Positions 1-9,932 of a DNA stretch of 64,000 bases are shown piece after piece. The DNA comes from an uncultured Methanolobus sp. GTDB lineage: Archaea; Halobacteriota; Methanosarcinia; Methanosarcinales; Methanosarcinaceae. The translations under genes were made by a program, and so were the position numbers. Within the stretch, counting starts at the first letter, position 1. Each line of letters opens with the position of its first letter. Location: positions 2,304,001 to 2,368,000 of the forward strand of contig OY776215.1 of assembly GCA_963675495.1 (NCBI GenBank), written 5' to 3'. The notes below the pieces were generated by a model. The model had not been told where the DNA came from. It saw only the letters and a program-made list of their open reading frames with translations, and did no database searches.

Positions 1-1
1 C

Positions 2-376
2 AGCGGTGCATTCATTCCTGTGAGTGAGGACGAAGGTATGATCCGGGCTGTACAAAGAGGCTCTCTTTCACTGGATAAACTTGAGGCAATGACCAGTGTA
101 TGTTCTGTAGGCCTTGATATGATCGCAGTCCCAGGTGATACTCCATCATCAACTCTTTCTGCTATAATTGCAGATGAGATGGCAATAGGAATGATCAACA
201 GGAAGACAACTGCTGTAAGGGTGATACCTGCACCAGGGACAAATGTAGGAGATATGATCGAGTTTGGCGGTCTTCTTGGAAGTGCTCCGGTTATGCCGGT
301 ACACAAGTTCAGTTCAGAGCAGTTCATCTCAAGAGGCGGTCGAATACCTGCTCCGATACAGTCACTTACAAATTGA
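2..376 (+). CDS. UPF0210/DUF711 (PFL-like) family protein, 3' part (5'-truncated by window)
   Basis: Frame open from base 2: [13 protein letters not shown]...[13 protein letters not shown]...[12 protein letters not shown], typical UPF0210 C-terminus. Confidence 0.85.
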   Translation, partial: SGAFIPVSEDEGMIRAVQRGSLSLDKLEAMTSVCSVGLDMIAVPGDTPSSTLSAIIADEMAIGMINRKTTAVRVIPAPGTNVGDMIEFGGLLGSAPVMPVHKFSSEQFISRGGRIPAPIQSLTN

Positions 377-411
377 ATCCCTGACCTTTAATTAGTACAG
401 GAGGCGTTCAC

Positions 412-933
412 ATGATAATCACTCTTATAGGTATGCCTGGTGCAGGCAAAAGTTCCGCAGGACAGAAGCTTGCATCCTTTCTGGGGTATGGGTTTATCGA
501 TACAGATAAACTTGTGATAGATGGATCAGGTACAGGTCTGCAGAACATTGTCAATGATATGGGTGATGTGGCTCTTGTACGTGCAGAAGAGCAAAGTATT
601 CTTGGACTTGAACTAAAGAACAACTGTATAATTGCAACAGGTGGAAGTGTAGTTTATTCTGAAAAAGCAATGCAATTTCTGAAATCAAGGTCAGTTGTTG
701 TGTATCTGGATGTTCCCTTTGGTACTATTGTAATGAGGTTGTCCAATCTTGCTACAAGGGGTGTAGTAGGTCTGAAAGAAAAAGGATTGAACGGTTTGTA
801 TGAAGAAAGAACTGTCCTTTACAGGTCATTTGCAGATCACATTATCGAAGTTGATAGAAAAGATAAAGTAGTGGACGTTGCAAAAAAAATAATGGCAAAG
901 GTTCTGCCCGAACACGAAGCAAATACCAGATGA
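412..933 (+). CDS. aroK: Shikimate kinase (AroK type)
   Basis: P-loop GMPGAGKS, FIDTD, IIATGGSVV motifs. Confidence 0.85.
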   Translation: MIITLIGMPGAGKSSAGQKLASFLGYGFIDTDKLVIDGSGTGLQNIVNDMGDVALVRAEEQSILGLELKNNCIIATGGSVVYSEKAMQFLKSRSVVVYLDVPFGTIVMRLSNLATRGVVGLKEKGLNGLYEERTVLYRSFADHIIEVDRKDKVVDVAKKIMAKVLPEHEANTR

Positions 934-936
934 ATA

Positions 937-1779
937 TCAGTCATTCTGTGTGTTCCACCACATCTTCACTCTTGTGGAACGTGCATCATAAATGTAATTG
1001 CCATTCTCCTTTCTGAGATTCTCTTCCAGGTATTGTTCGAGTATCTCCCGCTGTTTTTCTGTTGTTAGTGAAAAATGATTTGCCAGATCATCTATTGCTT
1101 CATCCATATCTGTGTATATCTCAGTGCGTCCAAGTGTAAAAGTTTCCATGCTAGGGTAGATTCCCATCTGATACAGCAAGTTATAGATTATATTGCACTT
1201 AGGTGTGCAGTGGTATTCCTTTCCGTGTAGTTGGGGCCAAATTTTCTTTGAATGCACATCCCATGATGTATCACCTGCAAACCAGTATAGGTAGATATGT
1301 CCTGAAGATGCCGACTGCATATCCTCAATTGCTTTGCGGATGTCTGGCATACTGAGGGAGAATGATGCGATAATTGTATCGTACGGTCCATCGAGGTCAT
1401 TTTCAACATCGATGTCTTCCCATCTCTTTTTGACAATGGAGATATTATCGCGTCCATACTCGGTCATGTTCTCTTCCATGACTTCTATCATACCCTTTGA
1501 AGGCTCAATAGCAGTTACGTGCTTCACTTTTTCAGAAAGGGGAATTGCAAGTGTTCCTGGTCCCGCTCCAATATCAAGCACTCTGGACTGCGGGGTGATT
1601 TGGAGACTTTTGATAGTTTCCCTGGCTCTTTTCTGGTTATCTTTCTGTGACATTTCCCAGAATCTTTTAGCACTCTTTTTATCTTCCCATATGGAGCTCT
1701 TCTTTTTGTTCCCGCTTTCAAGATGTCTTTTCATTTGCTCTATCCAGACATCACTCCAATCTATACTATTATAATCCAT
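937..1779 (-). CDS. Class I SAM-dependent methyltransferase
   Basis: VLDIGAGPG motif I; last gene of the ABC operon. Confidence 0.85.
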   Translation of the reverse strand: MDYNSIDWSDVWIEQMKRHLESGNKKKSSIWEDKKSAKRFWEMSQKDNQKRARETIKSLQITPQSRVLDIGAGPGTLAIPLSEKVKHVTAIEPSKGMIEVMEENMTEYGRDNISIVKKRWEDIDVENDLDGPYDTIIASFSLSMPDIRKAIEDMQSASSGHIYLYWFAGDTSWDVHSKKIWPQLHGKEYHCTPKCNIIYNLLYQMGIYPSMETFTLGRTEIYTDMDEAIDDLANHFSLTTEKQREILEQYLEENLRKENGNYIYDARSTRVKMWWNTQND

Positions 1780-1818
1780 GATGATTCCCTTTTAGTTTTT
1801 GCTGATTTATTTTTTTTC

Positions 1819-2571
1819 TTAAACTGGTATTACCACTGACATATTCTGGTAGTTTTGTATAGTTACAGGTACCCCATACACCTCTTTGATAATTTCCGGT
1901 GTAATGTCTCCCATATTGCCTGCCGCAAAGATGGTACCATTTTTCAGGAACAGGAATTTATCAGAATACCTGAAAGCAAGGTTAAGGTCGTGCATTGTCA
2001 TGATGGCAGACACATTTTCCTCTCTGACAACATCCCTTACAGTGTCCAGTATTTCAAGCTGGTTCTTAAGGTCCAGGCTACTTGTGGGTTCGTCCAGCAA
2101 AAGCAGTTTTGGATTCTGTGCGATTGCACGTGCGATGCCAACTTTCTGAAGCTCTCCTCCGCTGAGTTCATCTATGTACCTCAGGGCAATGTCTTCAAGA
2201 TGTAATTTCTTAATAGTATCTTCTACTATCATTACATCTTCCGGGCTAATGTTCCATTTCATATGCGGCATCCTTCCAAGAAGTATTGCATCAAAGGCAG
2301 TTAGTCTGGCGGGCTCGCATCTCTGTGGAACATATCCAAGTCTTCTTGCAATCTCTATCTGCTCCAGCTTAAGGATATCCTCGTCTTCTATAAGCACTGT
2401 TCCTCTTTTTGGCTTGAGGATAGCATTCATGCATTTGAGCAGTGTGGTTTTACCTACACCATTAGGTCCTAGTATTGATAATATCTCATTCCTTTTGAGT
2501 TGGAATTTGATATCCTTCAATACTTCCTTGCTTTTATATTGGAATTCCACTCCGTCCACATCAAGTATCAT
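1819..2571 (-). CDS. FecE/BtuD-type ABC transporter ATP-binding subunit
   Basis: GPNGVGKT, LSGGE, LLLDEPT, H-loop MHD. Confidence 0.95.
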   Translation of the reverse strand: MILDVDGVEFQYKSKEVLKDIKFQLKRNEILSILGPNGVGKTTLLKCMNAILKPKRGTVLIEDEDILKLEQIEIARRLGYVPQRCEPARLTAFDAILLGRMPHMKWNISPEDVMIVEDTIKKLHLEDIALRYIDELSGGELQKVGIARAIAQNPKLLLLDEPTSSLDLKNQLEILDTVRDVVREENVSAIMTMHDLNLAFRYSDKFLFLKNGTIFAAGNMGDITPEIIKEVYGVPVTIQNYQNMSVVIPV

Positions 2572-3644
2572 ATTCTTCTCCCTCCGAGTATCAGGTAAAT
2601 AAATGTAGGTGCACCCAAAAATGACGTAAGAACCGCAACCGGTAATTGGTATGGTTCAATCATCACCCTTGCTACGGTATCTGCACAAAGCAGAAGTAGT
2701 GCCCCTATAAGAAGACTTCCTGTTATCAGGAAACGATGGTCATCACCGATTATCCGGCGTGCCATATGTGGGCATATAAGTCCTACAAAACCGATAACAC
2801 CAAGGAATGCAACAATGATAGCCGTTACCAGAGAGGCGCACATCATTCCTCTGAGCCTTACTTTTTCCACGTTCACACCCAGACCCTTTGCAGTTTCATC
2901 TCCGGCATCTATGGCATTGTATTTCCATCGGTTCAATATAAAGTAGAGTGTCGACCCTGCCACAATGAGAGTTATCAGTCCCAGTTCTTCCCAGCTTGCC
3001 CTTGAAACATCTCCAAAGGTCCAGAAGACCATGGATGCAAGTTGCACATCATCTGCAAAATATTGCAGGAACATTGTCCCTGCTGTGAATAGGGAACCTA
3101 TAGCTACACCCACAAGGATCATTATTTCAGGTGTGTTCCCTCTGATCCTTGAAAATGCCAGAATGACCACTGTGACAAGGAGTGCGAACACAAAAGCTAC
3201 AACAGTGGTGGTATATGGGTTGCTAATGGTAACTGCATCACCAACATGGCTGTGTGTGGCACCTGTTCCAAGAACCATCACTGAAAAAGCCGCTCCAAAG
3301 GCTGCAGCATTTGATATTCCCAGGGTGAAAGGAGATCCAAGCGGGTTTCTGAGTATTGACTGCATTACCACGCCGGCTACAGACAGGCCGGCACCTGCCA
3401 CGATGGCTGTGAGTACCTGTGGCAGACGTATGTTCCATATGATACTATTCCATCTGTCACTGTGTCCTGTGAGTGTCTGTATAACTTCCAGTAGTGGGAT
3501 GTCTACGGGTCCTACTGAGATAGAGATTATCATCATTACAAACAGAAGCACGGCTGCTGACAGGATGTATTTAGTTTTCCTGCCGGTGTGGTCTCTGTAA
3601 CGACGGGCTATTTCACCTTCTGTTCCAGTCATTCCTTTCACCAT
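2568..3644 (-). CDS. FecCD/BtuC-type ABC permease
   Basis: IRLPQ, LRNPLGSPFTLG, GDETAKGLGV, IGFVGLICPH. Confidence 0.95.
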   Translation of the reverse strand: MVKGMTGTEGEIARRYRDHTGRKTKYILSAAVLLFVMMIISISVGPVDIPLLEVIQTLTGHSDRWNSIIWNIRLPQVLTAIVAGAGLSVAGVVMQSILRNPLGSPFTLGISNAAAFGAAFSVMVLGTGATHSHVGDAVTISNPYTTTVVAFVFALLVTVVILAFSRIRGNTPEIMILVGVAIGSLFTAGTMFLQYFADDVQLASMVFWTFGDVSRASWEELGLITLIVAGSTLYFILNRWKYNAIDAGDETAKGLGVNVEKVRLRGMMCASLVTAIIVAFLGVIGFVGLICPHMARRIIGDDHRFLITGSLLIGALLLLCADTVARVMIEPYQLPVAVLTSFLGAPTFIYLILGGRRI

Positions 3645-3666
3645 TCTCTCTTAGCTGTAAGGATGC

Positions 3667-4839
3667 TCAGACATCCATTTTCGTAAATGCAGGAGTTCCA
3701 GAAGCATTGATCATTTGAGCATACACTTGCTTTCCGAGTTCCTCATCTCCATCGCACACCAGGAATGTGTAGATATCTGTTGTTTTTTCTTCAAGGCCAA
3801 TGTCCTCAAACCTATCAGGATAGAGTAACTTTCCTGCGAAGTACGAATCCGCAAGCACTGACCCAAAGTTCTGTGTGTACCAGTTATAAGGTAGCATTCC
3901 GTACACGTTACCTGCTCGCACTGCCTGAAGTTGTTGATAGGATTTGTCATTCTGCAACTGGTAAAGGGCACTGTTCTCATCTTCTGTTTGCAGTGTGGAC
4001 AGATCAACAAATATGATCTCAGGGTCCCAATCAATTATTTTCTCTCTGGAAACTTCTGCAGTGCTGAGGTCCATGTCATCGTGTGCAACATTCAGCGCGT
4101 TTGTGAAAAGCAGTGGTGGATATGTTGGTTCGGTGGACTGAAGGCCATGTGGTCCTGAGAGTGCAATACCGCCTATATAACATGTAGTTTTTTCATCTTC
4201 AGGCACACTTGCAGTTCGTTCATTGAGGTCTGCTATGTTTTCTTCAAAGAATGAGATTACTTCTTCAGCACGTTCTTGTTTATCCATTACTTCACCCATT
4301 ATCCTCAGGCTCTGGTACATATTTTCCCTGTTGTTTACCATGTCTCCATAATTGAGTACAACCACAGGAATGCCTGTTTTTTCCTGAAGCTCTGCCGGGT
4401 CATAACCTGATGCTGAATATGTTTTGAGTATAACATCAGGTTGCGGGTCGAGTGCAAGTATTCTTTCTGGATTGTCATTTCCCCTGAATTCTCCAAAAAC
4501 TGCGTAATCCGTACTGAACTGTGGATTTGCAAGGGCATAGGGTCTTGGGTCGTATGTCGATTCTCTTGTTTCGCGACTGTCCACGGCAATTATTTTGTTT
4601 TCTTCTTCAAGATATGTCAGAAGCCTGAGTGCTCCGGAACCTGAACATATTACATGCTCGAGTGATTCCGGGATTTCTACTGTCCTGCCTAGAGCATCCG
4701 TGACGGTTATTGTTGCTACTTGATCCTGTGTATGGATGCTTTGGGATGTTGATGTACTGTCCATGCAACCCGAAACCGATGTTGCAACGCTTATTAGCAA
4801 GAATAAACATGCTATGGTCCTGATTCTGATTCTTTTCAT
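3667..4839 (-). CDS. Iron/cobalamin-type ABC substrate-binding lipoprotein
   Basis: Lipobox-like VSGC, ITVTDALGRTVEIP, periplasmic binding protein type III motifs. Confidence 0.9.
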   Translation of the reverse strand: MKRIRIRTIACLFLLISVATSVSGCMDSTSTSQSIHTQDQVATITVTDALGRTVEIPESLEHVICSGSGALRLLTYLEEENKIIAVDSRETRESTYDPRPYALANPQFSTDYAVFGEFRGNDNPERILALDPQPDVILKTYSASGYDPAELQEKTGIPVVVLNYGDMVNNRENMYQSLRIMGEVMDKQERAEEVISFFEENIADLNERTASVPEDEKTTCYIGGIALSGPHGLQSTEPTYPPLLFTNALNVAHDDMDLSTAEVSREKIIDWDPEIIFVDLSTLQTEDENSALYQLQNDKSYQQLQAVRAGNVYGMLPYNWYTQNFGSVLADSYFAGKLLYPDRFEDIGLEEKTTDIYTFLVCDGDEELGKQVYAQMINASGTPAFTKMDV

Positions 4840-4894
4840 TTTTGAATCTCTCTTATCATATTATTATGTAAAATAAGCTGATTAAATATTAAAA

Positions 4895-4912
4895 TATTAC
4901 TGTTTAGTAATA
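4895..4912. promoter_or_regulatory. Palindrome upstream of the ABC operon, candidate metal-regulator operator
   Basis: TATTACT-gttt-AGTAATA perfect 7-bp arms ~55 bp upstream of the SBP start; AT-rich context lowers significance. Confidence 0.35.
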
Positions 4913-5164
4913 CTAAATATTATGTTTTTAAATTTATGTTGCGCAATTACTCGGTGAAAACATTCCTGTAGTGCAAAAAAAGAAGGAACTAAAAGTTTAG
5001 TCTCCATAGCAGATGAAACTGAAGTTTCATTAGGTGTTGATGATAAAGAAAATATTTCGGTGAAGAAATTCTCAGATGGACTGAGATTCAAACTTCTCTA
5101 TGGTTTTAAGAAATGGTTATAGCAATCAGTTAATAGTGGCAGATTGCGAAAAAAGATGAAGATA

Positions 5165-5189
5165 AAAGGTTGGAACAATTCCAACCTTT
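5165..5189. terminator. Hairpin downstream of fmdE
   Basis: AAAGGTTGGAA-caa-TTCCAACCTTT, 15 bp past the fmdE stop. Confidence 0.5.
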
Positions 5190-5204
5190 ATTCAATTGAC
5201 TCAG

Positions 5205-5855
5205 TTACCATCCTCTGTTATAATCCTCAAAGCAAGGGATGCAGACGAATTCTCTATTATGGACCCTTGCACGGGATTCTCCCATCATCTCTCCGCACTT
5301 TGCACATTTGACTGAGTTGAATATCCTTGCTTTTACGGGAATCTTAGCATCAACAAATTTTATGTCAAACATTTCTTCAACGGGGGTGTTCCTCATGGTT
5401 ATGGACACTCCATCCCTGCGCTTTTTGTATTCTTCTGTTTCTTCTTCTGTTGCTGTACCGGCCATAACTTTTGGACGCATTTTGCTCATTTCAGGGTCAA
5501 TATCTTCGATGTTGAAACTTGCTTTCAAGGCAATCCTGACTGCTTTGTTGCTATCTCTGCATATGAATGTGAAGACTTGCTTGGCATGGTCTTTGTAAAT
5601 GAGGTTGCCTTTTCCAATAGTACAACCTGTGAGGACCTGTACTGCATCTACTCCACATGCATCGTTCTCCACAATTGTGACGAGCTCCTCATCTCTGTCT
5701 CTCTCGGTTCCCAGTTTTTCTATTCCTGCTTTAGCAGCAATGTAACCAATAGTAAGTCCAGGGCATACATGTCCATGGAATTTTGCAGCTTCTTCAAAGG
5801 TGGGTATTTGGAGGGGTTTGCTTTGAGTTGAAGTTTTAGATGACATATTTATCAC
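5205..5855 (-). CDS. fmdE: FmdE family protein with C-terminal zinc finger
   Basis: FHGHVCPG, DACGVDAVQVLTGCTIGKGNL, CAKC...CIPC. Confidence 0.9.
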   Translation of the reverse strand: MINMSSKTSTQSKPLQIPTFEEAAKFHGHVCPGLTIGYIAAKAGIEKLGTERDRDEELVTIVENDACGVDAVQVLTGCTIGKGNLIYKDHAKQVFTFICRDSNKAVRIALKASFNIEDIDPEMSKMRPKVMAGTATEEETEEYKKRRDGVSITMRNTPVEEMFDIKFVDAKIPVKARIFNSVKCAKCGEMMGESRARVHNREFVCIPCFEDYNRGW

Positions 5856-6250
5856 GGAGGATAAAGTTGAGTAATATGTTTAATACTTTTCGTGTTATTA
5901 ATTATTCCACAATTAATTTTTTGTAAACATGATTAAAAGTATATAGTGCTAAAATTTTGTGCTAGTAGCTTAGGTATTCTTTACTACCTTAGAATAAGAA
6001 CGAGCTTTCGAAACAACAATATGTTTTTCAGCTAAATACTCGTGAGACGGATTTATCCGAGTGTTTTTCTATATGGTGCCTAATGTTTTTTTCTTCTCTG
6101 GTTCTGCGAATGGGAACCCTTGTTAATGATTCATTGAGGGTAATGTATCATGACCTTGTCTTAAGCAGAACTCAGCTAAGGGGACCTATATATCGCATTT
6201 ACATAAAATTACAACTAGTGTTTGTGAGTTGTATCAAAAAAGTAGAATAG

Positions 6251-6325
6251 TGCTCCGATGGGGATTCGAACCCCAGTCGCAGGAGTGAGAGTCCTGCATG
6301 ATTGGCCGTGCTACACTATCGGAGC
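6251..6325 (-). tRNA. tRNA-Glu(CTC)
   Basis: Reverse complement GCTCCGATAG...CAGGA-ctCTCac-TCCTG...GGTTCGAATCC...TCGGAGCA folds as a cloverleaf. Confidence 0.95.
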
Positions 6326-6411
6326 AGTCTGATTTGCTAACAGCACCCTTGAAAGTAACTCAAGATTTATTAACCTTTCGTTTAGGGTGAAAAAAGGTGT
6401 ATGTTTGGGGT

Positions 6412-7650
6412 TTAGGCAAACATACTATGAGGCATATTTGGATCTTCTTCTTCATCTGCAACTACTTTTTCGTAAGCATCCATCATATCTTGCATGGTGA
6501 CGCTTTCACCGCGTCTTCTCAGGACGAACATTCCTGCCTCTTTAGCAATTATCTTCAGGTCGGCACCGCTAAGGCCATCTGTCATCTTTGCCAACTTATC
6601 AAAGTCTACATCTTCAGCGATGCTCATCTTGCGCGCATGTATCTTCAGGATTTCCAGGCGCCCCTTTTCATCGGGTATTGGAACTTCGATAACACGGTCA
6701 AAACGTCCCGGGCGAAGCAATGCAGGATCTAGCAGGTCTATTCTGTTGGTTGCAGCAATGACCTTTACATTCTGTGTTGCGTCAAATCCATCCATCTCAG
6801 CCAGAAGCTGAAGCATAGTACGGTTAACTTCCGCAGAGCCTGTGGTGCCGTCGTGTGTGCGCATACCGCCCACTGCATCGATCTCATCAATGAACAGGAT
6901 GGATGGGGACTTGTCGCGAGCCATCTGGAACACATCCTTGACCAGTCGTGCACCTTCTCCTACGAATTTCTGCACAAGATCGGAACCTGACATGCGTATG
7001 AATGTAGCATGTGCTCTTGAGGCGACCGCCTTTGCGATAAGGGTCTTGCCTGTTCCGGGGGCACCGTAAAGCAGCACACCGGTTGGTGGTTCGATACCTA
7101 TCTTTTCAAAGAGCTCTGGTTCAAGTAGTGGGAGTTCCACAGATTCTATGACCTCTTTGAGCACGTCATCCAGACCGCCTATCATATCATAGTCGATTCC
7201 CGGGGAGTTGATAAGTTCCATTACCTGGGCGCGCACATCGGCTGCTCTGGATATAATAGATATAATAGAGAATGCGGCATTAACACAAACTCTCATGCCC
7301 GGTTCTACATTCAGGTTGGCTGGTATCTTTGTTACAACTTCCTGGTTATTTCCGTGCTGCCTGATGAGTGCCTGACCGCTGTCAACTTCCATTACTGTGG
7401 CAATGAATAGGGGTGGGGTGGTCAGTTGTTCTATCTGCCTTTTGAATTTGTTAGTTTCTTCAAGGTAATTATTAGCTAACATACTTGCTTCAAGTAACTT
7501 AGCACGCATGTTCTCATTATTGACTTTAAGTATCTCGATTTCGTGAAGTAATGATTCTACACTTTTTTCTTCAAGGCTATCAGATTCGATCTGCGCCTTC
7601 ATTTTTGAGCCATTGGTGTCAATTGGTGATTCAGCACTACTATTTGACAT
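6412..7650 (-). CDS. pan: Proteasome-activating nucleotidase (AAA+)
   Basis: N-terminal coiled coil, GAPGTGKT, FIDEID, DPALLRPGRFD, C-terminal MFA (HbYX-like). Confidence 0.95.
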   Translation of the reverse strand: MSNSSAESPIDTNGSKMKAQIESDSLEEKSVESLLHEIEILKVNNENMRAKLLEASMLANNYLEETNKFKRQIEQLTTPPLFIATVMEVDSGQALIRQHGNNQEVVTKIPANLNVEPGMRVCVNAAFSIISIISRAADVRAQVMELINSPGIDYDMIGGLDDVLKEVIESVELPLLEPELFEKIGIEPPTGVLLYGAPGTGKTLIAKAVASRAHATFIRMSGSDLVQKFVGEGARLVKDVFQMARDKSPSILFIDEIDAVGGMRTHDGTTGSAEVNRTMLQLLAEMDGFDATQNVKVIAATNRIDLLDPALLRPGRFDRVIEVPIPDEKGRLEILKIHARKMSIAEDVDFDKLAKMTDGLSGADLKIIAKEAGMFVLRRRGESVTMQDMMDAYEKVVADEEEDPNMPHSMFA

Positions 7651-8250
7651 AGATTCCTACTATAGTTATCATCGGATATAAAACCAACCGAATTTAAGCA
7701 TAGTGTTTTTGCCTTCTGAATGCCATTTTCTTTATTATTGTGATGTTTTTTCATTTTTAGGCTTATTCACTGAAAACATTGTTAATCTGTTTAATTATGG
7801 TCTTTTTGGTGAAAGAAGCTTTAAAAACAGATTTTTAATATTATTTGTATATAGTTACAGTCTGTTGGTATTATAATGCGTATTATAGTCCTAAATTCGA
7901 CAAATAACGAAATATTTATCTATCATCATTACAGTTGTTCTATTGTAGACGTGTTCTAGGATGTGTTTGCATTGCTTTATGGCTGTGTTAAATGTTTTAA
8001 TTCCAAAAAAAAGCTTTATTAAGGCTTTGATTTATCTCAAAACATTTGCATACTATTATTAGAGCAAATATTTATATAATATTAAATACATGTTAGTAAT
8101 TGTGAGTCACATAGTAACAACGTGTTCCTGATGTGTTCACAAAACAACGGATCAAGATTAAAAAGAGCAACACCATTGTCTGAGGGGATAAATGGTTTGT
8201 GTGTCCATCAAATCTGAGGGGATGGATGGATCCGCAACGAGGCAAAAAAG

Positions 8251-9213
8251 ATGAAGGTTCGGCTTGAGATCATCGATGACGATGGAATTGAAATCGCAAC
8301 TTCAACATTTGGAGGAAAGCACTGGAAAAGGCGCCTTCTTGCATTTATTGACACGGTCGAAGACGAAACAGACATTAATACCGGACCTTCATCTAATTCA
8401 TCTTATTCTGAAGTTCCCGTAGCTGAGCAGCATGCATACCAAGCACAATTTGTTCAGCAACAGGTGCCTAATTTACAACAACCAGGCCAGCAGGCTGCTT
8501 CAACACAACCGTCTCAGGGACCAGTTCAGCAACAACAGGTTCAACAGGCAGTTCCGCAGCATTTTGTTCAACAACAGCAGGTCCAGCAACCGATGCAACA
8601 GGTAACTGTGCCGCTACAGTACAATCAGCAATTCCAGCAATCTCAGATTCCTGCAATGCAACAGAATTTCCAGCAGGCTTATCCACAATACCCTGCAAAT
8701 CAAAATAATCAACAACCTATATACTTACAACCTACTACCCTACCTCCTGTAGGAATGCAGCAGTATGGGCAGCCGGCACAACCTTTGTCATCTACGGTTC
8801 ATCAACCTCTTACTTCTAATCAACAGGTTCCTCTGGCTGTTTCTAATCTTAATCAACCTGTACAGGCAGAAGTACGTTCAGCTCCGACTCGTCGCAGAAC
8901 ACCGATGCTTCAGGACAGGCTAAATGATATGTCTCTGACGATAAGTGAACGTCTTGAGCTTTTCCTTAGATATGAATATCCTCGTGTATGGTTCTCTTCA
9001 CAGGATGTCCAGCAACACTATGAAAGGATATACGGTACAATAAAGCAAAGCACTGTGTCCACATATCTGTCTCGCATGTTCCGCAAGGCTCTTCTTGAAC
9101 GCAGAGGCAACAGGACGCAGCGTGAATATCGTTACATAGCTGACGAACCTGAATCCACTTACAAGATGGAAGAAGTGCCAGGCGCACCAGTGTATCATGG
9201 GATCCAATATTAA
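8251..9213 (+). CDS. Gln/Pro-rich protein with predicted C-terminal winged HTH
   Basis: Low-complexity Q/P middle region; C-terminus WFSSQDVQQHY...STVSTYLSRM...LLERRG...EYRY. Confidence 0.75.
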   Translation: MKVRLEIIDDDGIEIATSTFGGKHWKRRLLAFIDTVEDETDINTGPSSNSSYSEVPVAEQHAYQAQFVQQQVPNLQQPGQQAASTQPSQGPVQQQQVQQAVPQHFVQQQQVQQPMQQVTVPLQYNQQFQQSQIPAMQQNFQQAYPQYPANQNNQQPIYLQPTTLPPVGMQQYGQPAQPLSSTVHQPLTSNQQVPLAVSNLNQPVQAEVRSAPTRRRTPMLQDRLNDMSLTISERLELFLRYEYPRVWFSSQDVQQHYERIYGTIKQSTVSTYLSRMFRKALLERRGNRTQREYRYIADEPESTYKMEEVPGAPVYHGIQY

Positions 9214-9260
9214 TTCGATATTGGCAGCTATTTAATAGTCCTATAGCTATATCTGTTCAT

Positions 9261-9497
9261 ATGCGTTCATCTCAGAATCTTTTCAATATAGGTTTTACTC
9301 TTATTATTCTGGGATTTGTTCTTGTTTTTGTAGGTTTGCTTGTTTCAGCCTTTAGCGGAGCAGGTGAATTCGGTGGCGTTATCCTTATAGGTCCTATTCC
9401 AATAGCATTTGGCTCCTCTCCTGAGATCACTTTATCAATGCTATGGGCAGGTGCTCTTATTACTGTTGTATATCTTCTGCTGCGGAGGCGACTCTGA
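9261..9497 (+). CDS. DUF131/TIGR00304 small membrane protein
   Basis: GGVILIGPIPIAFGS signature between two TM helices. Confidence 0.85.
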   Translation: MRSSQNLFNIGFTLIILGFVLVFVGLLVSAFSGAGEFGGVILIGPIPIAFGSSPEITLSMLWAGALITVVYLLLRRRL

Positions 9498-9817
9498 TGA
9501 TAGGTTCATATCTTGTGATCATTGGTATGTTGATGTTCATCTCCGGCTTTTTCCTGATATTTGTGGCAAGCTTTTATGGGGTTGGAAATTCGGAAAAAGG
9601 GGATGAACACACTTCTTTTCAAGGGGGTCATAATTCATGGACTTCGTCCCCTTACACGGGTCAGGAGTCAATTCCAAACAAAAACAAAGTTCAGGGTAGC
9701 GGAATTATCATGCTTGGTCCTATTCCCATTATCTTTGGTTCGGACAACAAAAGTACTTCGACTATGGTCGTATTGGCAATTGTCCTCATGGTGCTGTACT
9801 TTCTGATATTCATGTAA
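9497..9817 (+). CDS. DUF131/TIGR00304 small membrane protein (paralog)
   Basis: GIIMLGPIPIIFGS; start taken at the ATG overlapping the upstream stop (TGATG). Confidence 0.85.
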   Translation: MIGSYLVIIGMLMFISGFFLIFVASFYGVGNSEKGDEHTSFQGGHNSWTSSPYTGQESIPNKNKVQGSGIIMLGPIPIIFGSDNKSTSTMVVLAIVLMVLYFLIFM

Positions 9818-9932
9818 TGCTGTGGTGAGCCTGTGATTCTGTTAAGCTGTTGTTTGTCGTTAACAGTTCGGGAATCCGTATGCATCTAAGCTGTGAATAT
9901 GTTTATAGGCATTCGGTTCAATACAGATATTA

